Assembly (NCBI GenBank): GCA_950097015.1
Contig: CATNEN010000008.1
Span: forward strand, 2,728,001 to 2,792,000
Reading direction: 5' to 3'
DNA: 64,000 nucleotides
Source: Macrostomum hystrix
Taxonomy: Eukaryota > Animalia > Platyhelminthes
The notes under the pieces were generated by a model. It was not told the DNA's origin. It was given only the letters and a program-made list of their open reading frames with translations, and searched no databases. Both the position numbers and the translations under genes were made by a program. Of the stretch, positions 31,451 to 43,742 are shown in pieces; the first letter of the stretch is position 1, and the number at the start of each line of letters is the position of its first letter.

Positions 31451-34400
31451 ATGACTGATAAGGCGCCGTTGGTCGCGAGTTCGAATCCCCTAGAGCAATT
31501 CGCCGTTGCCAATAGACTGGCCGCTTTCTGCGATAGAAACAATCTGGCCAAGCTGTGCCAGATCAACAGATTCTGGCAGCAAGTTGCTCAACGGGAGCTC
31601 AATCAGAGGCGTTGCTGCCCGGTTGCTAAGCGCGGCCTGCTCATGTACGAGTGGCAAACGAATCAGCAGCAGGCCAATGGTGACCGAAGGCAGAGGGATC
31701 TGGGCAACATAGAGTCTGCCAAACAATTCCAGCTGTTGCTAAGGCAACTGCGAACCGATTGGCACTCGCCGTATCGGTTATTGATTTTTTGCGACACCGA
31801 CTTTATCAGCGTTAATCCTCAACGCATAGACGGTTCCCACCTTGCTTCGCCGCCTGTTAAGCGATCGAAACGGAAGCAAACGGTCAGGGTCAGGGGTGGA
31901 GAGTGAAGGATCAGGGGATGGAGAGTGAAGGGTCAGTGGGTGGAGAGTTAAGGGTTAGGGGGTGGAGAGTGAAGGGTCAGGGGGTTGAGAGTGAAGGGTC
32001 AGGGGGGTGGAGAGTGAAGGGTCAGGGGGTTGATAGTGAAGGGTCAGGGGGTTGAGAGTGAAGGGTCAGGGGGTTGAGAGTGAAGGGTCAGGGGATGGAG
32101 AGTGAAAGGTCAGGGTTGGAGAGTGAAGGGTCAGGGGATGGAGAGTGAAGGGTCAGTGGGTGGAGAGTGAAGGGTTAGGGGATGGAGAGTGAAGGGTCAG
32201 GGGGGTGGAGAGTGAAGGGTCAGGGGGTTGAGAGTGAAGGGTCAGGGGGTTGATAGTGAAGGGTCAGGGGGTTGATAGTGAAGGGTCAGGGGGTTGAGAG
32301 TGAAGGGTCAGGGTTGGAGAGTGAAGGGTCAGGGGATGGAGAGTGAAGGGTCAGTGGGTGGAGAGTGAAGGGTTAGGGGGTGGAGAGTAAAGGGTTAGGG
32401 GGTGGAGAGTGAAGGGTTAGGGGGTGGAGAGTGAAGGGTCAGGGGGTGGAGAGTGAAGAGTCAGGGGGGTGGGGAGTGAAGGGTCAGTGGGTGGAGAGTG
32501 AAGGGTTAGGGGGGTGGAGAGTGAAGGGTCAGGGGGTGGACAGTGAAGGGTCAGGGGGTGGAGAGTGAAGGGTCAGGGGGTGGAGAGTGAAGGGTCAGGG
32601 GGTGGAGAGTGAAGGGTCAGGGGGTGGAGAGTGAAGGGTCAGGGGGTGGAGAGTGAAGGGTCAGGGGGTGGAGAGTGAAGGGTCAGGGGGTGGAGAGTGA
32701 AGTGTCAGGTAATGGATAGTGAAGGGTCCTGTAGTGGATAGTAAAGGGTCAGGTTTAAACTTAAGCGCCAGCTAAGACGATAAAAAGGTCTTTGGTGGGA
32801 ATAGTTAATTCCATGTGTATTCTTTTGGACTGGTCTAGTTGAAAACCTATTTTCGTTTGATGCCTTAGGCTCTGCACGAGCTGCTGGCCTACGCAGCCGC
32901 CGAGCTGCCACCGGGCGGGCGGCTCTACCTGGCTGTCAGTTTGGCTGGCGCCATCGGCACCCCGGATGGGGAGGGCGCCGCCCCTGTGGAGATGGAGACC
33001 AGCCGAAGCAGCGACGCACGGCAGATGCAGGTGTGCAGCTGATAGATACAGGTGTGCAGCTGATGCAAGTGTGCAGCTGATAGATGCAGGTGTGCAGCTG
33101 ATAGATGCAGGTGTGCAGCTGATAGATGCAAGTGTGCAGCTGTTAGATGCAGGTGTGCAGCTGCACAACTGATGCAGGTGTGCAGCTGTTAGATGCAGGT
33201 GTGCAGCTGTTAGATGCAGGTGTGCAGCTGTTAGATGCAGGTGTGCAGCTGATAGATGCAGGTGTGCAGCTGTTAGATGCAGGTGTGCAGCTGATAGATG
33301 CAGGTGTGCAGCTGATAGATGCAGGTGTGCAGCTGATAGATGCAAGTGTGCAGCTGTTAGATGCAGGTGTGCAGCTGTTAGATGCAGGTGTGCAGCTGTT
33401 AGATGCAGGTGTGCAGCTGTTAGATGCAGGTGTGCAGCTGTTAGATGCAGGTGTGCAGCTGATAGATGCAGGTGTGCAGCTGATAGATGCAGGTGTGCAG
33501 CTGTTAGATGCAGGTGTGCAGCTGTTAGATGCAGGTGTGCAGCTGTTAGATGCAGGTGTGCAGCTGATGCAAGTGTGCAGCTGATAGATGCAGGTGTTCA
33601 GCTGTTAGATGCAAGTGTGCAGCTGATAGATGCAGGTGTGCAGCTGATAGATGCAGGTGTGCAGCTGTTAGATGCAGGTGTGCAGCTGTTAGATGCAGGT
33701 GTGCAGCTGATGCAAGTGTGCAGCTGATAGATGCAGGTGTTCAGCTGTTAGATGCAAGTGTGCAGCTGATAGATGCAGGTGTGCAGCTGATAGATGCAGG
33801 TGTGCAGCTGTTAGATGCAGGTGTGCAGCTGTTAGATGCAGGTGTGCAGCTGTTAGATGCAGGTGTGCAGCTGATAGATACAGGTGTGCAGCTGATGCAA
33901 GTGTGCAGCTGATAGATGCAGGTGTGCAGCTGATAGATGCAGGTGTGCAGCTGATAGATGCAGGTGTGCAGCTGTTAGATGCAGGTGTGCAGCTGTTAGA
34001 TGCAGGTGTGCAACTGATAGATGCAAGTGTGCAACTGTTAGATGCAGGTGTGCAGCTGTTAGATGCAGGTGTGCAGCTGTTAGATGCAGGTGTGCAGCTG
34101 TTAGATGCAGGTGTGCAGCTGATAGATTGCAAGTGTGCAGCTGATAGATGCAGGTGTGCAGCTGATAGATGCAGGTGTGCAGCTGATAGATGCAGGTGTG
34201 CAGCTGATAGATGCAGGTGTGCAGCTGTTAGATGCAGGTGTGCAGCTGATAGATGCAGGTGTGCAGCTGTTAGATGCAGGTGTGCAGCTGTTAGATGCAG
34301 GTGTGCAGCTGTTAGATGCAGGTGTGCAGCTGTTAGATGCAGGTGTGCAGCTGATAGATGCAGGTGTGCAGCTGATAGATGCAAGTGTGCAGCTGTTAGA

Positions 34401-36482
34401 TGCAGGTGTGCAGCTGCACAACTGATGCAGGTGTGCAGCTGTTAGATGCAGGTGTGCAGCTGTTAGATGCAGGTGTGCAGCTGTTAGATGCAGGTGTGCA
34501 GCTGTTAGATGCAGGTGTGCAGCTGATGCAAGTGTGCAGCTGATAGATGCAGGTGTTCAGCTGTTAGATGCAAGTGTTCAGCTGTTAGATGCAGGTGTGC
34601 AGCTGTTAGATGCAGGTGTGCAGCTGTTAGATGCAGGTGTGCAGCTGATAGATTGCAAGTGTGCAGCTGTTAGATGCAGGTGTGCAGCTGATAGATGCAG
34701 GTGTGCAGCTGATAGATGCAGGTGTGCAGCTGATAGATGCAGGTGTGCAGCTGTTAGATGCAGGTGTGCAGCTGATAGATGCAGGTGTGCAGCTGTTAGA
34801 TGCAGGTGTGCAGCTGTTAGATGCAGGTGTGCAGCTGTTAGATGCAGGTGTGCAGCTGTTAGATGCAGGTGTGCAGCTGATAGATGCAGGTGTGCAGCTG
34901 ATAGATGCAAGTGTGCAGCTGTTAGATGCAGGTGTGCAGCTGCACAACTGATGCAGGTGTGCAGCTGTTAGATGCAGGTGTGCAGCTGTTAGATGCAGGT
35001 GTGCAGCTGTTAGATGCAGGTGTGCAGCTGTTAGATGCAGGTGTGCAGCTGTTAGATGCAGGTGTGCAGCTGATGCAAGTGTGCAGCTGATAGATGCAGG
35101 TGTTCAGCTGTTAGATGCAAGTGTGCAGCTGATAGATGCAGGTGTGCAGCTGATAGATGCAGGTGTGCAGCTGTTAGATGCAGGTGTGCAGCTGTTAGAT
35201 GCAGGTGTGCAGCTGATGCAAGTGTGCAGCTGATAGATGCAGGTGTTCAGCTGTTAGATGCAAGTGTGCAGCTGATAGATGCAGGTGTGCAGCTGATAGA
35301 TGCAGGTGTGCAGCTGTTAGATGCAGGTGTGCAGCTGTTAGATGCAGGTGTGCAGCTGATAGATGCAGGTGTGCAGCTGATAGATGCAGATGATCTAACG
35401 TTTGGATAATCTAGAACCGCTAATCTCCCAAGGGCCTGGCACATGTTCGTCTGTACTCCTACCCGGGCGATCCGCGCCAATTCGGTGTCGTGTCCGCTGG
35501 CGAGCCGCTACCGGAAGGTGCGACGCCTAAACTATTGCTAGCGTTGCCTAGCAACGCCAAGCGCAAGTTTGGCCACAGCCAGCCGGAATCGCAACTGTTG
35601 GCCGCCTACCCCAATCTGATTGTGTGCAGCGGACTCTGCCACGCGTTCCACAGTGTCACCAAAGTTGCCGACAACGAGTGCGCATTGGCAGCCGGCGTTG
35701 ATCATAGCCGGCTGGTGTTCTACGGCGATCGGCTGCGAGTTCTTTCAGCTATGGTTAAGGATGACAAGGATTTGGAACGGGTGAGCCGAACACCCAGTTC
35801 TGACACTCCACTTCCCCTACTGACACCCTGTTCTGACACTCCAATTCCCCTACTGACACCCTGTTCTGGCACTCCATTTCCCCTACTGACGCCCTGTTCT
35901 GGCACTCAATTCCCCCTACTGACACCCTGTTCTGACACTCCACTTCCCCTACTGACACCCTGTTCTGACACTCCACTTCCCCTACTGACACCCTGTTCTG
36001 ACACTCCACTTCCCCTACTGACACCCTGTTCTAACACTCCACTTCCCCTACTGACACCCTGTTCTGACACTCCACTTCCCCTACTGACACCCTGTTCTGA
36101 CACAGTGTTCTAACCATTCACTTTTCCTCCTGACGCTGCGCTCTCCCTCTCGGCAGTCTTATCCTATCGTCCTGACCCTGCACCTCCGCAGACGCTGCTC
36201 TCGCTGAAGACCTCCGATCTGCGCCCGCTGCAACCCGGACGCTGCCTGGCCTTCATGTTCATCTGCTGCGCCAAGGGTAGCAAGCACTACGGCGATGCTC
36301 CTGATGTGGAAACTGGCGCATTTCAGCGAGTGCTGCCCGGCGTCCCAGTGCTGGGCCTCTTCTCCCAGGGCGAATTTAGCAGGAACTGCTCGCCGGGCGA
36401 GAGATTCGCCGTCGCCAATGACGAATCGCCGTTGAGCTTGATTGGCTATAGGACTAGCCTGTGCGTGCTGTCCTGGTCCTGA
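31451..36482 (+). CDS. FBXO22: FBXO22-like F-box/FIST-C protein. Exons 31451-31882, 32869-33030, 35433-35780, 36192-36482
   Basis: N-terminal F-box (..LAKLCQINRFWQQVAQRELNQRR); C-terminal AFMFICCAKGSKHYG..VETGAFQRVLPGVPVLGLFSQGEF matches the FBXO22 FIST-C motif; all introns phase 0, GT-AG. Internal exon edges are less certain. Confidence 0.85.
31883..32720. repeat. About 22-bp G-rich minisatellite (gggtcagggggtggagagtgaa), FBXO22 intron 1
   Basis: About 38 units starting at the donor. Confidence 0.95.
33022..35390. repeat. 21-bp minisatellite (gatagatgcaggtgtgcagct), FBXO22 intron 2
   Basis: About 110 units with a 526-bp higher-order duplication; explains the DAGVQLL/LHLSAAH/CTPASNS ORFs. 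Confidence 0.97.
35790..36110. repeat. 33-bp minisatellite, FBXO22 intron 3
   Basis: tgacactccacttcccctactgacaccctgttc, about 10 units. Confidence 0.95.
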
Positions 36483-36499
36483 CTGTAACCCTGAATTAG

Positions 36500-37340
36500 A
36501 TTACTTGGATTGAACTGATGGATTCTGATGGATTGAACTGATGGACTCTGATGGATTGAACTGATGGACTCTGATGTATTGAACTGATGGATTCTGATGG
36601 ATTGAACTGATGGATTCTGATGTATTGAACTGATGGATTCTGATGTATTGAACTGATGGACTCTGATGGATTGAACTGATGGATTCTGATGGATTGAACT
36701 GATGGATTCTGATGTATTGAACTGATGGATTCTGATGGATTGAACTGATGGATTCTGATGTATTGAACTGATGGACTCTGATGGATTGAACTGATGGACT
36801 CTGATGTATTGAACTGATGGATTCTGATGGATTGAACTGATGGATTCTGATGGATTGAACTGATGGATTCTGATGTATTGAACTGATGGATTCTGATGTA
36901 TTGAACTGATGGACTCTGATGGATTGAACTGATGGATTCTGATGGATTGAACTGATGGATTCTGATGTATTGAACTGATGGATTCTGATGGATTGAACTG
37001 ATGGATTCTGATGTATTGAACTGATGGACTCTGATGGATTGAACTGATGGACTCTGATGTATTGAACTGATGGACTCTGATGAATTGAACTGATGGAATC
37101 TGATGGATTGAACTGATGGACTCTGATGAATTGAATCGATGGACTCTTATGGATTGAATTGATGGACTCTGATGGATTGAATTGATGGACTCTTATGGAT
37201 TGAATTGATGGATTCTGATGAATTGAACTGATGGAATCTGATGGATTGAATTGATGGATTCTGATGAATTGAACTGATGGACTCTGATGGATTAAATTAA
37301 TGGACTCTGATAAGTTGAATTGATGAATTGTTGGCAGTAT
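36500..37340. repeat. 23-bp minisatellite (tgaactgatggattctgatggat) just after the FBXO22 stop
   Basis: About 36 units; explains ORF 36501-37361. Confidence 0.95.
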
Positions 37341-37947
37341 GGATTGTTTTTGGAACCCCAAAATTATTTATTGTATTGTTTGTATTATAAAGATTATAAA
37401 ATAAAATAAATTATTTAATCCAATGCATATAGCAGATTAGCTTGCTCTCCTATTATGCGACATTCATTCCCTTGTTCAGTGCTAATGCATGTACTGTACC
37501 CTCCCAACAATCGCAATTTCGTATACATGTACAATCTTTCATTCGTTATATGCATAATTTTATATATACTCCTATTATATCGATTCGCATCATCGCGTAT
37601 AACGCTACTATTAAGTAGTAATTTTGTTTGTTTTCTTTCGTAAAGAAGTTAAAAAATGAATGCTTTTTATCATTATATTCTTGCGTTTCTTGTAAACTTC
37701 CATTTACCGTTTTGTTCGGTATTTTTTACATAAGGCGGAACCATTGCTTTCAGTTATTATATTGAGCTCACAATGCGACATTGTTTGAGGTTTTTCAGCT
37801 TTTGTTAAAGCCATATGGCTTTTTCAGCAATATTTCAAATTGGTCGGATAATTTCAAGAAAAATGAAAACTGCTATTTTGTTATTTTACTATTTGTTATA
37901 GCGTTTGCAAACTTTTTTCTCTTAACTGTTTTTACTGTTTCATTAAC

Positions 37948-37980
37948 AAACTGCGGCCCGCGGGCCAGATGCGGCCCTCA
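37948..37980 (+). mobile_element. Possible hAT (Charlie-like) subterminal relic
   Basis: gcggcccgcgggccagatgcggccc resembles the GC-rich palindrome near the ends of Charlie/MER-type hAT elements; no TIR partner found. Confidence 0.35.
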
Positions 37981-38019
37981 AAGCTCCCGAATCCGGCGCC
38001 CATTGCCCTTTCCAACACC

Positions 38020-39060
38020 TATTGTCTCATCTCATCTCTCTCATCTGGAGATGGAGAGTCTCATCTCTCCTCTTTCTCTTCTCTCCCGTGTCTCATCTCT
38101 CCAGTGTCTCATCTCTCCAGTGTCTCTTCTCTCCCGTGTCTCTTCTCTCCAGTGTCTCATCTCTCCCGTGTCTCCCGGCCCGCTGTCGTCTTTTAGGTTC
38201 TCTCTAATTGATTAGCTAAAAAGTTTGCCGACCCCTCGACTACACTTATTACAGCTCATCACATCCCATTCCATTACATCATCCATCCTTTCACCCTCCC
38301 CATACCTTAATCTATTCAATCACGCACCCCACTCTATCACTCACCACATTCAATCACCCACGCCACTGCATGACCCACCCCAATTTATCACCCACCCCAC
38401 TGCATCACCCATCCCATTCTATCACCCATCACATTCTATCACCCACCCCATTTTATCACCCACCCATACTATCACCCATCCTATTCTATCACCCACCCCA
38501 TACTATCACCCATCCTATTCTATCACCCACCCCATACTATCACCCATCCTATTCTATCACCCACCCCATACTATCACCCATCCTATTCTATCACCCACCC
38601 CATACTATCACCCATCCTATTCTATCACCCACCCCATACTATGACCCGTCCCATTCTATTCTATCTATTCTATTCTATTCATCACCCATCCTATTCTATC
38701 ACCCATCCCATTCTATCACCCATCCTATTCTATCACCCACCCCATACTATCACCCATCCTATTCTATCACCCACCCCATACTATGACCCGTCCCATTCTA
38801 TTCTATCTATTCTATTCTATTCATCACCCATCCTATTCTATCACCCATCCCATTCTATCACCCATCCCACTGCATCACCCACCCCATTTTATCACCCACC
38901 CCACTGCATCACCCACCCCATTTTATCACCCACCCCACTGCATCACCCACCCCATTATATCACCCACCCCACTGCATCACCCACCCCATTATATCACCCA
39001 CCCCATTGCATCACCCACCCCATTTTATCACCCATTCAGCTTGCATCACTCATCTTATTC
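38020..39060. repeat. Pyrimidine-rich repeats: ctctc-type (38020-38180) and 17-bp atcacccatcctattct/atcacccaccccatact array (38370-39060)
   Basis: Direct inspection; explains the His/Pro-rich ORFs. Confidence 0.9.
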
Positions 39061-39216
39061 CATCACATCGCCGCGTTATCGTTAATCCCATGTCGTTCTC
39101 CACCCTATTTCATACATAATCCGTATTAGCGTAAATGAATAACTCATTATTAAGTCGCAGACCACGGACAAACAACGGCCGACCCCTGTTCTCTGTTTTC
39201 AGCGCGCAGTTCTAGC

Positions 39217-41161
39217 ATGAATCAGCTCTCTATCGCTGCAGCCCTGGTGGCCATCTTCGCCTCCAGCATATTCATGGGATTTCACACCGTGCCGGAGGGT
39301 AGGTCGATGAAATTAATTCTAAAAAGCATTTTAAACATTTTTTGTTTATTCCATAGCACAATATAGTGGTGAAATCCTGTTATCCTACTAAAAGTAGACG
39401 CTTACTTTTCTCTAGGCTACGTTGGTGTGTACTACAGAGCAGGAGCACTGCTAAAGACTGTCTCCCAGCCTGGCATGCACGTCATGTTCCCGTTTATTAC
39501 TAGCGTTCGTCACGTACAGGTAAGAAAAAATATTCCGATTCCCATCCTATGCTTCCTTCGTTTCTCTATACCGATATGTATCGAAAAAAGTATTTTTCGT
39601 GCACCTCCAGGTCACCCTGCAGACTGACGAAGTGAAAAATGTGCCCTGCGGCACCTCAGGCGGTGTTCTTATCTTTTTCGAGCGCATCGAAGTCGTGAAC
39701 ATGCTCGATATGGAGAGCGCCTACAATGTTGTTAAGAAATTCTCCGTAGATTACGATAGAACCCTTATCTATAACAAAATTCACCACGAACTCAACCAGT
39801 TCTGCTCAGTCAACACCCTGCAGGATGTCTACATCAATAAGTTTGGTGAGCCCGCTTCGTTCATACTCCCACACCTTCATTCTTTCTTTCAGTACTTCGT
39901 ATTCTCTTCATTCTAAGGCTAGAAAGAAATGGGTAGAAAGAAATGGGTAGAATAAGATGGGTAGAATGAAATGGGTAGAATGAAATGGGTAAAAAGAAAT
40001 GGGTAGAATGAAATGGGTAGAATGAAATGGGTAAAAAGAAATGGGTAGAATGAAATGGGTAGAATGAAATGGGTAGAGTGAAATGGATAGAATGAAATGG
40101 GTAGAATGAAAAGGACAGAAATAAAGGGGTAGAATGAAAAGGACAGAAATAAAGGGGTAGAATGAAAAGGACAGAATGAAAAGGGCAGAATGAAAAGGAC
40201 AGAATGAAAAGGGCAGAATGAAAAGTACAGAATGAAAAGGGCAGAATGAAAAGGGCAGAATGAAAAGGACAGAATGAAAAGGGCAGAATGAAAAGGACAG
40301 AATGAAAAGGGCAGAATGAAAAGGACAGAATTAAAGGGGTAGAATGAAAGGGGGTATAATTTAAAGAGTAGATAAAGTGGATAGCTAATGGAATTTTCTT
40401 TCTACCCCTTGTTCTTTCTACCCTTTTTATTCTATCATTTTCATTCTACCCTCTTCATTCTACCCTTTTTCATTCTACGCCTTTCATTCTACTCTTTCCA
40501 TTCTCCCATCATCCTTCTCCCTCCCATTGTGTCGCAATCACCCGGGGCCAATTCCGAACCCTCTCGCGCAGATCAAATCGACGAGAACCTGAAGTCAGCC
40601 CTGCAGGCCGACCTCACCAAGATGGCGCCCGGCCTCAGCGTGGTGGCTGTCCGCGTCACCAAGCCGAAGATCCCGGAGACTCTGCGCAAAAACTACGAAT
40701 CCATGGAGGCGGAGAAGACCCAGCTGATGATCGCCGTGGAGCGTCAACGAGTTGAAGAGAAACTGGCCGAAACTGAGCGCAAGAAGGCCGTCATCAACGC
40801 CGAGAAGGCCGCCCAGATCTCCCGCATCGAATGGGAGATGAAAATCACGCAGAAGGAGAGCGAGAAGAAGATCTCCGAGATTGAGGATCAGGCGGCCCTG
40901 GCCAGATCCCGAGCTCACACAGACGCCGAATTCTACAGATCCAAGCAGGCCGCAGACAGCGAGTTCTACAGGCTGCAGAAGGAGGCGGAGGGCAACAAGA
41001 TGCGACTAACTCCCCAGTACCTGGAGTACATTCGCCTGCAGGCCCTGCTAAACAATACCAAGATCTACTTTGGCCAGAGTATTCCCACAATGATTAGCGA
41101 CAACAATATCCCAATGAATGCTGCCGCGACGGCTGCCGGTAGCGGCAAACGGCAGCCTTAA
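39217..41161 (+). CDS. ERLIN: Erlin (SPFH/band-7 ER lipid raft protein). Exons 39217-39298, 39416-39519, 39611-39845, 40572-41161
   Basis: HTVPEG|[12 protein letters not shown]; VQ|[30 protein letters not shown]; [10 protein letters not shown]; [27 protein letters not shown]; KIYFGQSIP; splice phases consistent. Confidence 0.97.
39925..40510. repeat. 14-bp purine-rich array (gaatgaaatgggta/gaatgaaaagggca) followed by a degenerate inverted copy, Erlin intron 3
   Basis: tcattctaccc motifs at 40400-40510 are the reverse complement of gggtagaatga. Confidence 0.85.
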
Positions 41162-41964
41162 AAATTAACAATTCAAAACAAAAAGCGATCAGCATGTTCG
41201 ACTCAGCTACTTATTGATGTAAGTAGCTTAGACAAATGTGAACTTTTTTATTTAAAAAACTTTAAATTCTGGTTCCACACGGCGACTGTATCTAAAATAG
41301 CGTTTTAAAAATCAGCTTAATCAAAGTTGTGTCGCAAGTTTATTTCAAACAAATGTTTTACATTCGTTTTGTAATCTAGCATAACCCATCAGTAGTGCAG
41401 ATAGTTCAATGTTAAATGTTTATTATTTATATTTTGTTGCCAAACTGCTCACTGTTTTGCCATTTTTATTTCTAAACCTAAACCTGTTCCAGTTTGTAAT
41501 TCTTTGTAATTACTCTAGCCTCAAAAAAGATTAAAATGCTTTTTATCGTTTACTTACTAGTAGTATATGCCATTTTTTTGCTATATTAATTTTCTTATCT
41601 CAAAAACTTACCTAAGCCATTGTTGTTTGTTGTGTGTGTGTTTTTTACAGACTGTGTTTGTTGTCAAATAGCTAACTTTCTTGGATTTTATTCCGAAATA
41701 GGGTATGTTGGAAAATGTAATTATTAACGACTTTATGGTTCTTTAAAAATATGTTTTAATACTATTTCAAGTAATATACTCGTATTATCTGGACTCGATA
41801 ACTCAGTTCGCAAGCATCCCAGAGTGAGATCATACCTGCACAATATATCTTCTTGCTTTGAAATCTATTATATATTAGCCTCTAAAATGCTGATCTCAGA
41901 ATGGCTTCGAGTGTGGCCAGTCTTATTCCTTGTGTTGATTTTTTCTGATTTGGGAGATTAGGAA

Positions 41965-42480
41965 ACGAGAGGGGATCGGGGGTGAGGTGAGGGATCGAGA
42001 AGGGAGATCAGGGATCGAATGAAAAGGGGTAGAATGAAAAGCACAGAATTAAAGGGGTAGAATGAAAGGGGGTATAATTCAAAGGGTAGATAAAGTGGAT
42101 AACTAAGGGATAGTGAGGGAGAGACATGAGGGTTTGAGAGCTGAGATGAGGGATCGAGAGGGGATGTAAGGGATCGAGAGGTGAGATGAGGGATCGAGAG
42201 GTGAGATGAGGGATCGAGAGGGGAGATAAGGAAGATGAGGGAGATGAGGGATCGAGAGGGGATGTAAGGGATCGAGACGGGATGTAAGGGATCGAGAGGG
42301 GATGTAAGGGATCGAGAGGTGAGATGAGGGATCGAGAGGGGAGATGAGGGATCGAGAGGGGAGATAAGGAAGATGAGGAAGATAAGGGAGAGAGAGAGAG
42401 GGGGGAGATAAGGGAGATGAGGGATCGAGAGGGGAGATAAGGAAGATAAGGGAGATGAGGGATCGAGAGGGGAGATAAAA
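41965..42480. repeat. About 20-bp purine-rich array (gagggatcgagaggggagat)
   Basis: Direct inspection; contains a patch copied from Erlin intron 3. Confidence 0.9.
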
Positions 42481-42844
42481 TAATTAACAATATCATCAAC
42501 AATAATGGCCGGCATGGTTAAATGATGAAATTTCGTGAGCATTTTGGTGGTTTTTGTCACCAGACACCCTGACGAGACTCGTTGAATATCTTGACGATGC
42601 CGATGTTGTGGGATTTTGGAAGTTGTTTCATCAGATAGAGCGGAAATTTTTTGCCCGTGTTTTGTACTTTCATTGCGATCGGTTGAATGTTTCGGGAGAT
42701 ACAGAAAAATATTGTGAATTCTACTGTTAAACTGGTACAATTTAGCGATCGCTCACTATCCTACTTGCAGTAGGCCCAGTTGGTTAAGTAGTTAATACTT
42801 CCTTTCGGCAATTTGGGTTCACTACACGCTGCAGTCGAAGGGCG

Positions 42845-42892
42845 CTCTCTGATTGGTTGTCAGCGGCAATAGATTCTCTCAGCCAATGGCTG
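42845..42892. promoter_or_regulatory. Divergent CCAAT-box pair, candidate bidirectional promoter
   Basis: ctgattggttg and cagccaatggc in opposite orientation within about 35 bp, in a non-repetitive island. Confidence 0.4.
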
Positions 42893-43237
42893 AAGAGCCT
42901 GTTCATCAGGCACTAGTTTGCCGGACCAGCCCAACCGCAGCCAATTCGATATTGGCATTTATAATATTGGCCGCCGTGTAGATCACTCTGAAATCCCTAA
43001 ATATCTAGTCACTTTCCCACACACCAGTGAGAGTTGGACTTTGCGATACGATTCTCGTTTTTTCTTTTGTACGCAGTGCTTCTTCTATAAGAAAATTCAG
43101 TTTTAATATGCCGACGAAGGTTCCGGTGCTGCATCAATATCTAATTTAGTAAATTCTGATTGTTTTCGACTAGGCTGGCTTAAGGTGAGCTCAATGCCAA
43201 TGCGTTTGAATGTGGGATAAAATTGCTACCGCAGATT

Positions 43238-43742
43238 CAGTGAGGGAGAGAATGGCACAGTGAGAGAGAGAATGGCACAGTGAGGGAGAGAATGGAACAG
43301 TGAGGGAGAGAATGGAACAGTGAGGGAGAGAATGGCACAGTGAGGGAGAGAATGGCACAGTGAGGGAGAGAATGGCACAGTGAGAGAGAGAATGGCACAG
43401 TGAGGGAGAGAATGGAACAGTGAGGGAGAGAATGGAACAGTGAGGGAGAGAATGGCACAGTGAGGGAGAGAATGGCACAGTGAGGGAGAGAATGGCACAG
43501 TGAGGGAGAGAATGGCACAGTGAGGGAGAGAATGGCACAGTGAGGGAGAGAATGGCACAGTGAGGGAGAGAATGGCACAGTGAGGGAGAGAATGGCACAG
43601 TGAGGGAGAGAATGGCACAGTGAGGGAGAGAATGGCACAGTGAGGGAGAGAATGGCACAGTGAGGGAGAGAATGGCACAGTGAGGGAGAGAATGGCACAG
43701 TGAGGGAGAGAATGGCACAGTGAGGGAGAGAATGGCACAGTG
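43238..43742. repeat. 20-bp minisatellite (tgagggagagaatggcacag)
   Basis: About 25 near-identical units. Confidence 0.97.

Noticed and set aside
32761-35480. DAGVQLL / LHLSAAH repeat ORFs
   Set aside because: Translations of the FBXO22 intron 2 array.
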